A stretch of DNA of 62,955 bases, filler included, from Nemertoderma westbladi (taxonomy: Eukaryota; Animalia; Xenacoelomorpha): NCBI GenBank assembly GCA_032718475.1. It is 4 parts of 4 records of this genome, joined end to end, with 100 filler letters (N's around TTAATTAATTAA, not from the genome) between each part and the next. Parts side by side here need not be neighbours in the genome. Positions count along the whole stretch, not along the records: positions 1 to 23,052 come from JAUCBJ010007958.1; positions 23,153 to 41,745 come from JAUCBJ010000861.1; 2 more parts are not named here. The stretch is one strand, 5' to 3'. The notes under the pieces are model-generated. The model was not told the origin of the DNA. It saw nothing but the letters and a program-made list of their open reading frames with translations, and searched no databases. Both the position numbers and the translations under genes were made by a program. Each line of letters opens with the position of its first letter. The first letter of the stretch is position 1. This document shows positions 13,301 through 26,212 of this stretch, piece after piece.

Positions 13301-15755
13301 AAGGGAGAGGTAAATATTGTAAGTTTATAAAGGGAGAGGTAAATATTGTAAGTTTATAAAGGGAGAGTTAAATATTGTAAGTTTATATAGGGAGAGGTAA
13401 ATATTGTAAGTTTATATAGGGAGCGGTAAATATTGTAAGTTTATATAGGGAGAGTTAAATATTGTAAGTTTATATAGGGAGAGGTAAATATTGTAAGTTT
13501 ATATAGGGAGCGGTAAATATTGTAAGTTTATATAGGGAGCGGTAAATATTGTAAGTTTATATAGGGAGAGGTAAATATTGTAAGTTTATATAGGGAGCGG
13601 TAAATATTGTAAGTTTATATAGGGAGCGGTAAATATTGTAAGTTTATATAGGGAGCGGTAAATATTGTAAGTTTATATAGGGAGAGGTAAATATTGTAAG
13701 TTTATAAAGGGAGAGGTAAATATTGTAAGTTTATATAGGGAGCGGTAAATATTGTAAGTTTATATAGGGAGCGGTAAATATTGTAAGTTTATATAGGGAG
13801 CGGTAAATATTGTAAGTTTATATAGAGAGAGTTAAATATTGTAAGTTTATATAGGGAGCGGTAAATATTGTAAGTTTATATAGGGAGAGGTAAATATTGT
13901 AAGTTTATATAGGGAGCGGTAAATATTGTAAGTTTATATAGGGAGCGGTAAATATTGTAAGTTTATATAGGGAGCGGTAAATATTGTAAGTTTATATAGG
14001 GAGAGGTAAATATTGTAAATTTATATATTTTTATTCCAAAATTGTAACATTACTCAACGCCTTTAGTAACAGCGAGTTGTTATTTAGAACTTTACAACTT
14101 TAGAAGACATTACAGCATTGTATTGGCCTGTACATTTAGTATTATATTTGGTATTATTGTTTACGTGGTATCCCATGACGGCGTTAAGTAATGTCCACTA
14201 AGGGGACATTACTTAACGCCGTTATTGGATACCACGTAAACAATAGGTGGAAATTTGCCTGACAGCCAGATAGGCCTACTGCATTACCTACCGGTAGGCG
14301 GGGTATAGCTATTAATAACCAGTAGGGCCTAGCTATATTATTATAACATGGCTCAAAACGCCACCATAAATATAAGCTAAATTATTTATAACATAATTTA
14401 TGTCATTTTTACATTTATTTATACAGCAACTAATATAATTTGTGCAGTTTCTATCACTTATAATACAAATACAATCATTTCGTAATGTTAAAATTTTGGA
14501 ATAAAACTACATACATACTTGTTACAAAGTACTTTACAGTGTTATGATCCTCGTGGCTTTATTTTCACTCACTCAATAACGTTCGTTCGTGTAACAAAGC
14601 CACTCGGATCATCACACTGTAAAGTGCTACTTTACTCGTATGTCACGTACACGTTTACACGTATGTCACGTACACGTTTACACGTATGTCACGTACACGT
14701 TTACTCGTATGTCACGTACACGTTTACTCGTATGTGACATACACGTTTACTCGTATGTCACGTACACGTTTACTCGTATGTCACGTACACGTTTACTCGT
14801 ATGTCACGTACACGTTTACTCGTATGTCACGTACACGTTTACACGTATGTCACGTACACGTTTACACGTATGTCACACGTACACGTTTACTCGTATGTCA
14901 CGTACACGTTTACTCGTATGTCACGTACACGTTTACTCGTATGTGACATACACGTTTACTCGTATGTCACGTACACGTTTACTCGTATGTCACGTACACG
15001 TTTACTCGTATGTCACGTACACGTTTACTCGTATGTCACGTACACGTTTACTCGTATGTGACATACACAATTACTCGTATGTCACGTACACGTTTACTCG
15101 TATGTCACGTACACGTTTACTCGTATGTCACGTACACGTTTACTCGTATGTCACGTACGCGTTTACTCGTATGTCACGTACACGTTTACTCGTATGTCAC
15201 GTACACTTTTACTCGTATGTCACGTACACGTTTACTCGTATGTCACGTACGCGTTTACTCGTATGTCACGTACACGTTTACTCGTATGTCACGTACACGT
15301 TTACTCGTATGTCACGTACACGTTTACTCGTATGTCACGTACACGTTTACTCGTATGTCACGTACGCGTTTACTCGTATGTCACGTACACGTTTACTCGT
15401 ATGTAAATCCTACAACTCATACAATGTTGATTTATAAAATACAAATTCAGTGTCAATACCTGCCTTGTCGTCAATCTCACATACTGATTACAGGAATGCC
15501 AATATTTCTGCTCGAAAAAATGTGTTCGAGTTGAAAATGGCGTCTTAGCTTCTGTATACTCATGAGTTGACATTTATTAAAAGTTTTGTTTTGAATATTA
15601 TATTAAGTATTGCTAAAAAAAAATACAGTTTTTCTCAGTTCAATTTATTTTGATATAAAAACTTCTTCAATTTTCAGGCTAAGGAACTTCAACGTGAATT
15701 GGAAGCTTCGCGAATGGCGACGGAATACCGTTTCAGAGCATTTACAGCCAATTAG
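7343..15755 (+). CDS. Unidentified multi-exon gene, charged/coiled-coil C-terminus; exons 7343-7396, 7675-7772, 7860-7973, 11544-11651, 11824-11968, 12953-13144, 15678-15755; 5' end not found
   Basis: All seven exons have AG acceptors, the six internal donors are GT, and phases are compatible, giving one ORF VLAKGTRF...EEERRLAKLRYY...AAERELNI|AKELQRELEASRMATEYRFRAFTAN*. Confidence 0.75.
8902..10091. mobile_element. hAT-type non-autonomous element in an intron, with a nested degenerate MITE (about 9060-9300)
   Basis: TIR tagggatgcgacagagc / gctctgtcgcatcccta; 8-bp TSD ctccaagg at 8894-8901 and 10092-10099; ccggag subterminal repeats. Confidence 0.9.
12296..12827. mobile_element. hAT-like MITE
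   Basis: gagtcgagcggaatt / aattccgcccgactc imperfect TIR; ccggtt subterminal repeats; atactaca on both flanks. Confidence 0.65.
13128..14026 (+). repeat. 29-bp tandem array (about 30 copies) spanning a 5' splice donor
   Basis: Unit agggagaggtaaatatt|gtaagtttatat; the first copy is the true end of exon 12953-13144. Confidence 0.95.
14155..14245. repeat. Near-perfect palindrome of about 90 bp (foldback/MITE remnant)
   Basis: tattgtttacgtggtatcc...ggcgttaagtaatgtcc / ggacattacttaacgcc...ggataccacgtaaacaata. Confidence 0.8.
14630..15404 (+). repeat. 23-bp intronic minisatellite (tttactcgtatgtcacgtacacg)n
   Basis: Directly visible tandem units. Confidence 0.95.
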
Positions 15756-16038
15756 ATTCTTCGGTAAGACGTCAAGTCAACGAAATAGTAACAATGGGTT
15801 ACCATAACGACCACAAAGTAAACACTGTGGTTGCCGTCCTACCACCACTGCCTAATATTTCACATTTTAAGTACCTTGGTTGATCTTTTTAAGTTGCAAG
15901 GTCCAGCTTAAAAAGTAATTATTCATTACTATTTTTTAAACATTTACAGTATACAACAACAACAATATACGAAGTCTGTATTACGAAATGCAAAATCGAT
16001 GCATTTATAAACGAAGTATGCTAAGTCTCGATCTAATG

Positions 16039-16467
16039 TAGGGTTGCCACTCATCTGGAACGCCTGGAAAACCTGGAATAGTCAGGGAATTTCATTTTTT
16101 CTTGAAATGACAGGAAATTCGTGTAAAAAATTAACAAATCAGTTAAAAGTCGTGGAATTTGATATACAGGACAAGGTGTCATAAGCGAAAATGGGTATAA
16201 TTTTCTCTGCTCGCTTTTTCTCGCCATTCCTTTTCACTAAATCTATTAAACTCTATTTGCTTCTTTGTCAATGTTATGGGTGTGTGTTGTGGTTGTTTGC
16301 CAATATCTTTTACCAATATTTTTTTTGTAATATAATAAGCGATTGAATAAGATAATGCGGACAATATAGATTCTATAAAAATAGTGGACATCCTGCAGTC
16401 AGATATTTTTACAAAGTCAGGGAAAAGTCAGATGGGATATTGAAACTGAAATAGAGTGGCAACCCTG
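16039..16467. mobile_element. hAT-like MITE
   Basis: tagggttgccactc / gagtggcaaccctg TIR; TSD not recognisable. Confidence 0.55.
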
Positions 16468-16759
16468 TCAGTGTTTCTGAAACAAGAGAATATATACCGT
16501 AATATACGTACCGGTACGTAATTTTTACTCAAAGTTAATGGTTTTAGAAATTTTATTTTCATGCATCTTCTATACCAATTGCTATCAATTGAAGTCAGAA
16601 TATTGGTAGAATATTTAAAGCCAGGCCTTTCAAACTTTAGAAGTTGAATTCTTATTACTTTTTGCAACTTTTCGTGACATCCAGCCAAGGATAATTGGTG
16701 CACCGGTGCGGTGCTTACGTATTACACCGGTGCATCGGTGCTTGCGTATTACACCATTC

Positions 16760-17532
16760 GTTTATTCGGGCGTTTATTCGAGGAGGGCGTTTATTCGAGG
16801 AGGGCGTTTATTCGGGAAGGCGTTTATTCGTGGAGGGCGTTTATTCGAGGAGGGCGTTTATTCGAAGCGGGCGTTTATTCGAGGAGGGCGTTTATTCGGG
16901 AAGGCGTTTATTCGTGGAGGGCGTTTATTCGGGGAGGGCGTTTATTCGGGGAGGGCGTTTATTCGAAGAGGGCGTTTATTCGAGGAGGGCGTTTATTCGG
17001 GAAGGCGTTTATTCGTGGAGGGCGTTTATTCGAGGAGGGCGTTTATTCGGGAATGCGTTTATTCGTGGAGGGCGTTTATTCGGGGAGGGCGTTTATTCGG
17101 TGGAGGGCGTTTATTCGGGAAGGCGTTTATTCGGGGAGGGCGTTTATTCGTGGAGGGCGTTTATTCGAGGAGGGCGTTTATTCGGGAAGGCGTTTATTCG
17201 TGGAGGGCGTTTATTCGGGGAGGGCGTTTATTCGGGAAGGCGTTTATTCGGGGAGGGCGTTTATTCGGGGAGGGCGTTTATTCGGGAAGGCGTTTATTGG
17301 GGGAGGGCGTTTATTCGTGGAGGGCGTTTATTCGAGGAGGGCGTTTATTCGGGAAGGCGTTTATTCGTGGAGGGCGTTTATTCGTGGAGGGCGTTTATTC
17401 CGGGAGGGCGTTTATTCAGGAAGGCGTTTATTCGGGGAGGGCGTTTATTCGGGGAGGGCGTTTATTCGGGGAGGGCGTTTATTCGGGGAAGGCGTTTCAG
17501 TTTCAAATTGTCTGGTTCGAGTGGGGCGTTTA
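16760..17532 (+). repeat. 16-17 bp minisatellite (gggcgtttattcgNgga)n
   Basis: Directly visible tandem units. Confidence 0.95.
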
Positions 17533-17744
17533 TGTTGATGTTCTAGATTTTCAGCATTTTAAATCTAAATTCAAGATAAATTTGATTAATTCATTTTGAT
17601 AAACATTTTGATAAATTCAAGAAAACAAGTTAAACAAAATAAATAATTAGAATAAAACCAGGACTATCTTTATTGCACACATACAGCCTTTACCGTTGCC
17701 TTTAGCCTTACCGTTGTACAACACACAGTATTACCTTCAGTCTA

Positions 17745-18524
17745 CCGGGTGTTACATAATGATTCCCCCCCCCCCCCCCCCCCCCCCTGGCCAGCCAAAA
17801 CTGCCAGACATGCACTTTAGTGTAATATATCATTGAAAAGATAATTGAATTCTGAGCTTGCATGCAAATATTTAGGGTCCAATACAAAAGTATAAAAAAT
17901 TTATAGGCTGTTCTTTAAACCTATCTTACTTATCAATATTTGTGATTTAATCACATAGATAAAAAAATATATAATTTATCCAGCGTTAGTCATTATCTTT
18001 GCAGCCCTGTTTAAACAGTTATTATTTTACTGTCTAACTTTTGCTGTATTGCAATATATTACAGTATTCAGTTACCGGTATTAGTGTTTCTTTGGTAACT
18101 TTACTGAATTAAGCCTAACAGAAGTAATTAAAATGACAAGTTCCAGTGCAATAATCTTCGATGACTCTGAAGAAATACGTAACGTTGACAGGATCAGAGA
18201 TGTTACTTTTAGAGAGGGTCGTGATTCTGTGGCATAATCAAACTGAACTCAAACCAAAACGGCCCTTTTAAGGGCCAACACCCTTTGCCACTATCGACCA
18301 GCTCCCCGTTCTGCAAAGTGGAAACATGGCTGTAAAGCGATGTTTAATTGTTACATGTGTAAAAAATAGCCTATAAAATTTGTATACTTTTGTATTGGAC
18401 CCTAAATATTTGCATCCAAGCTCAGAATTCAATTATCTTTCGAACGGTATATTACACTAAGGTGCATGTCTGGCAGTTTAGGCTGGCCAGGGGGGGGGGG
18501 GTGTAATCATTATGGCACACCCGG
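17745..18524. mobile_element. Tc1/mariner-type MITE with TIRs of about 160 bp
   Basis: TA|ccgggtgt...acacccgg|TA; long inverted arms about 17745-17910 and 18368-18524. Confidence 0.85.
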
Positions 18525-18671
18525 TATTTAATGATAATTCTGTGCTAGAGGCATCGCTCACTAATCGTGGCTCGCCCCATATTGTAATATTATTAAACGC
18601 CGGGGCCGGGGCATTTATTTTCGGGGAAGGTGTTGAAGTTACTAATTTGATGGTATGTGGGGCGTTAATTC

Positions 18672-18921
18672 GGGGGGGGGGGGGGGGGGGGGGGATTGGA
18701 CGCAATACCTGCCTTGGCGAATTAATATCCCGCCTCAATGTTAAATTCTCAATTTAGGGAATGGAGCAGGTTACAGTGGCACGTTAATTTAACCAAAACA
18801 ATAAACTAAATACAATAGAACAGGTTACAGTTTTACTTTTTAGAGTAATCAGCTGTTATTTGCGTATAATTTCCCCTGGAGAGGGATGCATTTTTATTGC
18901 GTCCAGTTTCCCCCCCTATCT
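18672..18921. mobile_element. hAT-type MITE, same family as 51476-51718
   Basis: Near-identical internal sequence (ccttggcgaattaatatcccgcctcaatg...ttgcgtccagtttccccccctatctg). Confidence 0.8.
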
Positions 18922-20014
18922 GATATGCGTACACTATTGAATTATTTGTTGTTTTTCTCGCCTAACATTTCAAAGAATTCGGAATTAAATAATTTATTAA
19001 TATATTTGTGGTGAGCTGATTGCTATGGTTACCTTTGGGTAGGGATGGTTTCTTTCTTTGTTTCAGGTCTATTTGGGAAGTTTTGGCAACCAAAACGATA
19101 AAAGGAAATATAAAAAAAATAACATGTTCTTTACGGTTTTATTTTTAGGAGTAATCCCCCCTTTATGTGGTGTATGTACTATTAATTTCGATGAGTTTTA
19201 ATATTCCGCGTGATTTTATTTTGTCAATATTACGTTTCATTATTTATATTTTATTTGTGTTATTGTTTGTAAAATTTATTTATTTTCCGATTTGATAAAT
19301 TATTTGATATTTAATTTAAATAAAAATAGATATTTTTCTAACATTTCAGTTATTTAACAATTTATTGAGGCAAAGTATTTGAGTTTATGATAAGTGTTTG
19401 TGGCGGCAAGGCTAAAATATTTCGTCTAAAGTTAGATGCATAAATTAAATGTGGAGACCGGAACAATGTGGCAAATTATATACACTTGATCAACTGTTTG
19501 TATTATGCATGTGTTTCCATGGTAACGTCGAGGTTGCGATGTTATCTTATAGGGTTCCAGGCGGGGTGGGGGGCAGATGTTGCATAAACAAACACATGGA
19601 CATTTGAATAATTATTCAGTTTATAGTATAGCTAGGGCTGTAGGCTATACTGTTTGACAGGAGCCCTTAAAAAACTAGAACCACTATTTCGTGATTGGTT
19701 TTAAACGAGGTACCTAGCAACGCCAACCGTCAACAGCTGGAAAAAATAGCAGTTGCTGCCAATCTGTATGTCAAAATGTAAGACAGACAGACAGACAACC
19801 GACATTCGGACGGACTACATTCCACCACATATTAAAACTGACATCGGAAATAAAATGAGCGACCCCGAAAACCCCCATAAATATTATTTTAGCTCTGTGG
19901 TGTGTTTCCTTCATGTCAGACACTATTTCTGTAATTTCTTTTCAAATCACTTCCATGTTACACTATCATATTAATTATACATAAGTAGGGGGGGGGGGGG
20001 GGGGGGGGGGGGTT

Positions 20015-20380
20015 GTGGCATGGAGGGGAATTCAAATATGTACTGCTACTCATTCGCCAATGATGTAATTCCTGCATACTTAGTTACCGACCGGTAATGT
20101 AGTCGATTCAATAGAGGCCTACTGCAGTACTGTTGTGCCTAGCAGTGTATTGTAGTAGGCCTACCGGCTACATAGCTATGATAACCTAGGCCTATTGGCC
20201 TATACAGGTTTTGTTAGATACAGCTAGGCCTACTACAGTACTATGAATGGCTCTGCCTCACGCCCCGCTGTCCCTGTGTCCTAGCAGTAGCCTACTAACT
20301 GGCCTGCACACTTCAGCACTTGCAGGAATTACATCATTGGCGAATGAGTAGCGGTACATATTTGAATTCCACCCCATGCC
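20015..20380. mobile_element. Inverted-repeat element (arms of about 60 bp), MITE-like
   Basis: ggaattcaaatatgtactgctactcattcgccaatgatgtaattcctgca and its reverse complement at 20321-20370. Confidence 0.75.
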
Positions 20381-20388
20381 CCAAAAAC

Positions 20389-22682
20389 CATCCAAAAACG
20401 TGTTTTCATAATATAATTAATTTTGCCAGTTCAACCAAAAACGTGTTTTCATAATATAATTAATTTTGTAAGTTCATCCAAAAACGTGTCTTCATAATAT
20501 AATTAATTTTGCCAGTTCAGCCAAAAACGTGTTTTCATAATATAATAAATTTTGCAAGTTCATCCAAAAACGTGTTTTCATAATATAATTAATTTTACCA
20601 GTTCAACCAAAAACGTGTTTTCATAATATAATTAATTTTGCAAGTTCATCCAAAAACGTGTTTTCATAATATAATTAATTTTGCCAGTTCAACCAAAAAC
20701 GTGTTTTCATAATATAATTAATTTTACCAGTTCAACCAAAAACGTGTTTTCATAATATAATTAATTTTGCAAGTTCATCCAAAAACGTGTTTTCATAATA
20801 TAATTAATTTTACCAGTTCAACCAAAAACGTGTTTTCATAATATAATTAATTTTGCAAGTTCATCCAAAAACGTGTTTTCATAATATAATTAATTTTGCC
20901 AGTTCAACCAAAAACGTGTTTTCATAATATAATTAATTTTGCCAGTTCAACCAAAAACGTGTTTTCATAATATAATTAATTTTGTAAGTTCATCCAAAAA
21001 CGTGTTTTCATAATATAACCAAAAACGTGTTTTCATAATATAACCAAAAACGTGTTTTCATAATATAATTAATTTTGCAAGTTCATCCAAAAACGTGTTT
21101 TCATAATATAATTAATTTTGCAAGTTCATCCAAAAACGTGTTTTCATAATATAATTAATTTTGCAAGTTCATCCAAAAACGTGTTTTCATAATATAATTA
21201 ATTTTGCCAGTTCAACCAAAAACGTGTTTTCATAATATAATTAATTTTACCAGTTCAACCAAAAACGTGTTTTCATAATATAATTAATTTTGCAAGTTCA
21301 TCCAAAAACGTGTTTTCATAATATAATTAATTTTGCAAGTTCATCCAAAAACGTGTTTTCATAATATAATTAATTTTGCAAGTTCATCCAAAAACGTGTT
21401 TTCATAATATAATTAATTTTGCCAGTTCAACCAAAAACGTGTTTTCATAATATAATTAATTTTACCAGTTCAACCAAAAACGTGTTTTCATAATATAATT
21501 AATTTTGCAAGTTCATCCAAAAACGTGTTTTCATAATATAATTAATTTTACCAGTTCAACCAAAAACGTGTTTTCATAATATAATTAATTTTGCAAGTTC
21601 ATCCAAAAACGTGTTTTCATAATATAATTAATTTTGCCAGTTCAACCAAAAACGTGTTTTCATAATATAATTAATTTTGCCAGTTCAACCAAAAACGTGT
21701 TTTCATAATATAATTAATTTTGTAAGTTCATCCAAAAACGTGTTTTCATAATATAACCAAAAACGTGTTTTCATAATATAATTAATTTTGCAAGTTCATC
21801 CAAAAACGTGTTTTCATAATATAATTAATTTTGCAAGTTCATCCAAAAACGTGTTTTCATAATATAATTAATTTTGCCAGTTCAACCAAAAACGTGTTTT
21901 CATAATATAATTAATTTTGTAAGTTCATCCAAAAACGTGTCTTCATAATATAATTAATTTTGCCAGTTCAGCCAAAAACGTGTTTTCATAATATAATAAA
22001 TTTTGCAAGTTCATCCAAAAACGTGTTTTCATAATATAATTAATTTTACCAGTTCAACCAAAAACGTGTTTTCATAATATAATTAATTTTGCAAGTTCAT
22101 CCAAAAACGTGTTTTCATAATATAATTAATTTTGCCAGTTCAACCAAAAACGTGTTTTCATAATATAATTAATTATGCCAGTTCAACCAAAAACGTGTTT
22201 TCATAATATAATTAATTTTGCCAGTTCAACCAAAAACGTGTTTTCATAATATAATTAATTTTGTAAGTTCATCCAAAAACGTGTTTTCATAATATAACCA
22301 AAAACGTGTTTTCATAATATAATTAATTTTGCAAGTTCATCCAAAAACGTGTTTTCATAATATAATTAATTTTGCAAGTTCATCCAAAAACGTGTTTTCA
22401 TAATATAATAAATTTTGCAAGTTCATCCAAAAACGTGTTTTCATAATATAACAAAAAACGTGTTTTCATAATATAATTAATTTTGCAAGTTCATCCAAAA
22501 ACGTGTTTTCATAATATAACCAAAAACGTGTTTTCATAATATAATTAATTTTGCAAGTTCATCCAAAAACGTGTTTTCATAATATAATTAATTTTGCAAG
22601 TTCATCCAAAAACGTGTTTTCATAATATAATTAATTTTGTAAGTTCATCCAAAAACGTGTTTCCATAATACAATTAATTTTG
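20389..22682 (+). repeat. About 42-43 bp satellite (ccaaaaacgtgttttcataatataattaattttgcaagttcat)n with recurrent shortened units
   Basis: Directly visible tandem units. Confidence 0.95.
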
Positions 22683-23052
22683 GCCGAATTCAGCCACCGT
22701 ACATAAGCGATAAAGGAAATATACATAAATACTAATGTATAATTAAATTATAAATAAAAATATATTTTATGGATCTACATGTTGGGATGTCAAGTATATT
22801 TGCAGCTTTAACTCTGTCTTCGTTCAATTCAATATTCCACTAAAAAATCAGTCAGCTATAATCACAACAGCTGTCGGGCAGACTTATATTGATACTGGAC
22901 GATTAAATTGACAGACTGGCTTTCTAGTGAATAATTTCTAATGAAAATAATTTAATAATATTCCAGAGGCTGTATTTCAGAAAGTATACCTGAGTTGTTA
23001 GTGGGGCCTATTACAAGACTCAGTCTGGTACTGGTACTACTACTAGGATCGG

Positions 23053-23152
23053 NNNNNNNNNNNNNNNNNNNNNNNNNNNNNNNNNNNNNNNNNNNNTTAA
23101 TTAATTAANNNNNNNNNNNNNNNNNNNNNNNNNNNNNNNNNNNNNNNNNNNN
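23053..23152. other. Artificial assembly linker
   Basis: N44-TTAATTAATTAA-N44 (stops in all six frames), exactly 100 bp. Confidence 0.97.
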
Positions 23153-26100
23153 TTTTTTTACTTTACAAGCCTCATTTATTCACAAAATAATAAAAACCTT
23201 CAGAAATACAAACACAATTATAGGCACTATAACAAACAATTAAAAACAGTAATTACAGAAACGCGGGAAATTTAAAAACTTAAACAACAACAAACAGGTA
23301 AACTGCACCACCACCAAACAGCCTGTAACCTATATAAACATGCCTGCGCCTGGCTCTGAGTCGGCGTTCGCTAACACGATGGAGGTGTCAGCGACATCTG
23401 CTGCTCGTACCGGTCTCTTGGCGGCGGACCGGAACCCCCGCAGACACATTAGGGATGACCTGAGGAGAGCGAAGCTAATTCGTCGCCGCACCCACGAGAT
23501 GCACTCCGGGTATGGGATCTGCCGCTTCTCTGCCAGTTTTAAAGCGAGGCGCTTGATAAACTGGCGACACAGCGGCGCCATTCCTCCGAAAGCCGAGAAG
23601 ATGAGAGGAGTGAAAGTGGCGTGTTCCACCTCCCGGATCCTCTCCTCGTACTTCCGGATCTTCCGCGCCTCGTGGTGGAGATGGGTGGTGTCCAGCGACA
23701 TTGCCGCATTGGTTGCCGCCAGCGGGTTGAAAACCGACACATCAATAAACATCTTCTGGAAGCGGTTGCCCCAGAATCCGCTCACTGATACGTCCAGTCT
23801 TGCCTGCTGGTCTGTCGAGGTGGAGAGGAGGGAGAATGTCTCTCCCGTAAGTGGCTGGAGCATTGGCTCGACAGCCACGTTGTGCGCCACCTCGGTCAGG
23901 GTATCGGCGAAAAAATCACGTATCTCGTTGTGTCTGATGGAGGGGAACCCCCCAGTGGGACACGAAAGAATGTGGTTTGTAGAAAATCGTGACCCACAGA
24001 CACAACGAGAGGGGAGATTCTTTGGCAACCACCCATAACGGAGACAAACGGCATCTCGGAACTCCTCCTTGGAAAGGTGAGTGTCATGTAGCGATAGTGG
24101 TTTACAGTTTAGCCAGGCAGACGCACCTTTCTCTGTATTCAGTAGGCATAACCTGTACTGTTGTTTATCTAACTGGTCGTACACCTCCTCCTTTTTAGCT
24201 TTCGCTGCCCTGGAGGAGGAGGCGGCCACCAACTTAGCCACATGCGTCTGCCCTTCCCTGACTACCGCCATCGACTCACCCTCCAAGGAGACAAATGGAT
24301 CGCAAATACTCCGAGAGTTTGCATACTGGGATTGTAAATCCTCGGGGACCGGGATCCCCAACCCCCCATCCCTAACTGGAAGCGACAACAGCCGTCGTTC
24401 AACCGGCATTACGGACGGCCGCTCCAACAACCTGCAAAGGAACCGCTCCACAGACTCTTCCAGCGAATCAAAACTGTCCGTCGCTCCTTGAACAACTCGC
24501 GCTAGGAACCGCCAACGGCAGGCGAGTCCAAAAACTAGGCCGGCGTAGGCGCAGTGCGGATCGACTGTGGCGATGGTGGCGAGGCGATCTACGTCAGCGG
24601 CGAATTCCCCGACTTTCCGCTCGATGAACTCGCGCCGGAACTCTTCGCTGCCAATGACGCCACCGAGGAGTTTATTGCCCGTGGTGTCGATGGAAACTCC
24701 AGTCCCTGCGAACTCTGCCCTTGCCTCTTCGAGCTTCCCCGGCTTTACGGTAAGGCAGCACTTGGTCGGATAGTACCCGTAGAGCGGTCCCCTTACCGAT
24801 ACCACATTCCAGAATTTCCGGAGTTCTTTGATTTTACCAGCGGCGTTCCCATCATCCGCATACCATTTCTGAACAACGGAGCAGGCTCGAACCAACTCCA
24901 GCAGTAACGGTATAAGTCCGCACCCAAACATCGGCATTGCCACTGGATCGCCTTGGGTTGAGCCCTCCTCCGAAAACATTGTTTCCCCCCCAACGAACAA
25001 ACACGACGGCTGATCGTAGCAGTTCACCACAATAGTGTGGAGTGCGGGACAGACCAGCTGAATATTGTGTATCGCCGCCTGGCGGTTCAGCGCATTGAAA
25101 GCATTAGTTGCATCAATTTGCAGGATGGCATCACAGTCTTCAGAGGCAAAGGCGTCGTTGAGGGAGTGGATCGCGGATTCAATACCGGCCTTCTGGCCGA
25201 GACACATCTGGACGGTTCCGCCCACTTCCTGAAGATCCTCGCGGATGCAGGACATTGCCGCCTTGCCGACTACTCGCCGAAGGACCTCGCCTATCCCTAT
25301 AGGACGGACTCCGGGGTTTTTGTCGAGGGCGAGCAGTCGCGCGGACAGAAACGAGGAAAGAACTCCAGGGGGAAGAACTGTCTGAGAGATCAGCTTTCCC
25401 AAGTCCGCAATTCGGTTGCAAAGGTCTGCTGACTGAGTCCGGAACTTTGTTAAAAGGTGTTTCCACCCTTGAACATCCAACCCCGAAGGACCGGCAGCAT
25501 TCCCTCTCATTCGCAGTAAACTGGACAATATAAGTTGCCCGTTTAACCGCTCAAAGATAACACTGTGGTACTCCGGGGCTCCATCGAACTTCTCGAGGAG
25601 GATTGACTCGTCCGCGGGTTTGGCAGCCGGGTGTTTCTCACGCAGAACGTCTCGAACCACTTTGCCCGTTCCATCTTTGTCCACGAAGGTGTCGTCAAGC
25701 CTTAGTGGTTTCCCCCGGTTGAGGTCGCTAAGGCACCTTGTCGCAGCAGATACATTTCCCGTGAGCATGTGGCGCACGAATGCCTTCTGCATGGCCACGT
25801 TCTGAGACTCACCACGGAACCGCTGTTTCGGGAGATGCGCCTGAATCGCTCTGGCCTCCACTAGGAGGTCGTGGAACTCGGCTCGCTTCCAAGTCTCCAA
25901 TCGGCGTTCAAGAACCCGCCGGTGAGTTCCCGTTGTTGACGAGCGGCTTGGTTTCTGAAGTAGCAAAGCCGGGGCCACCATCAGAGCCATTAGAGCGATG
26001 GGTTGTAGGACGCTACCCGACGTAAACAGTTCTACGAGTTGCGTCAAACCCGCTACAAAATCACGCCCAACCGCACCCTGCGGAGTGAGAAACAAGTTGG

Positions 26101-26212
26101 GACGCCAGTGGATCACAATGTTATAAACCTCTTCTATAGATACCTTGAGTTTGTCTATGGGTATCCGACAATTTCCCCAGGTGGTACTAGTAGTAGTTCT
26201 AGTACGGCGGTA
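23153..26212 (-). mobile_element. CRE-like non-LTR retrotransposon, RT plus restriction-like endonuclease; ORF 23330 to about 26212, 3' UTR, AATAAA and poly(A)
   Basis: RPIGIGE, IDATNAFN, GSTQGDP, YADD, CVCG...HILSC, RHNEIRD, RLD...DVSV; T-run at 23153; ORF stays open upstream of 26116 (TTWGNCRIPIDKLKVSIEEVYNIVIHW). Confidence 0.9.

Noticed and set aside
14519-17599. Long repetitive ORFs (MSRTRLLV..., RAFIRGG...)
   Set aside because: Translations of 23-bp and 17-bp minisatellites, open in several frames
23053-23152. TTAATTAATTAA motif recurring three times
   Set aside because: Centred in identical 100-bp N runs; an artificial contig linker
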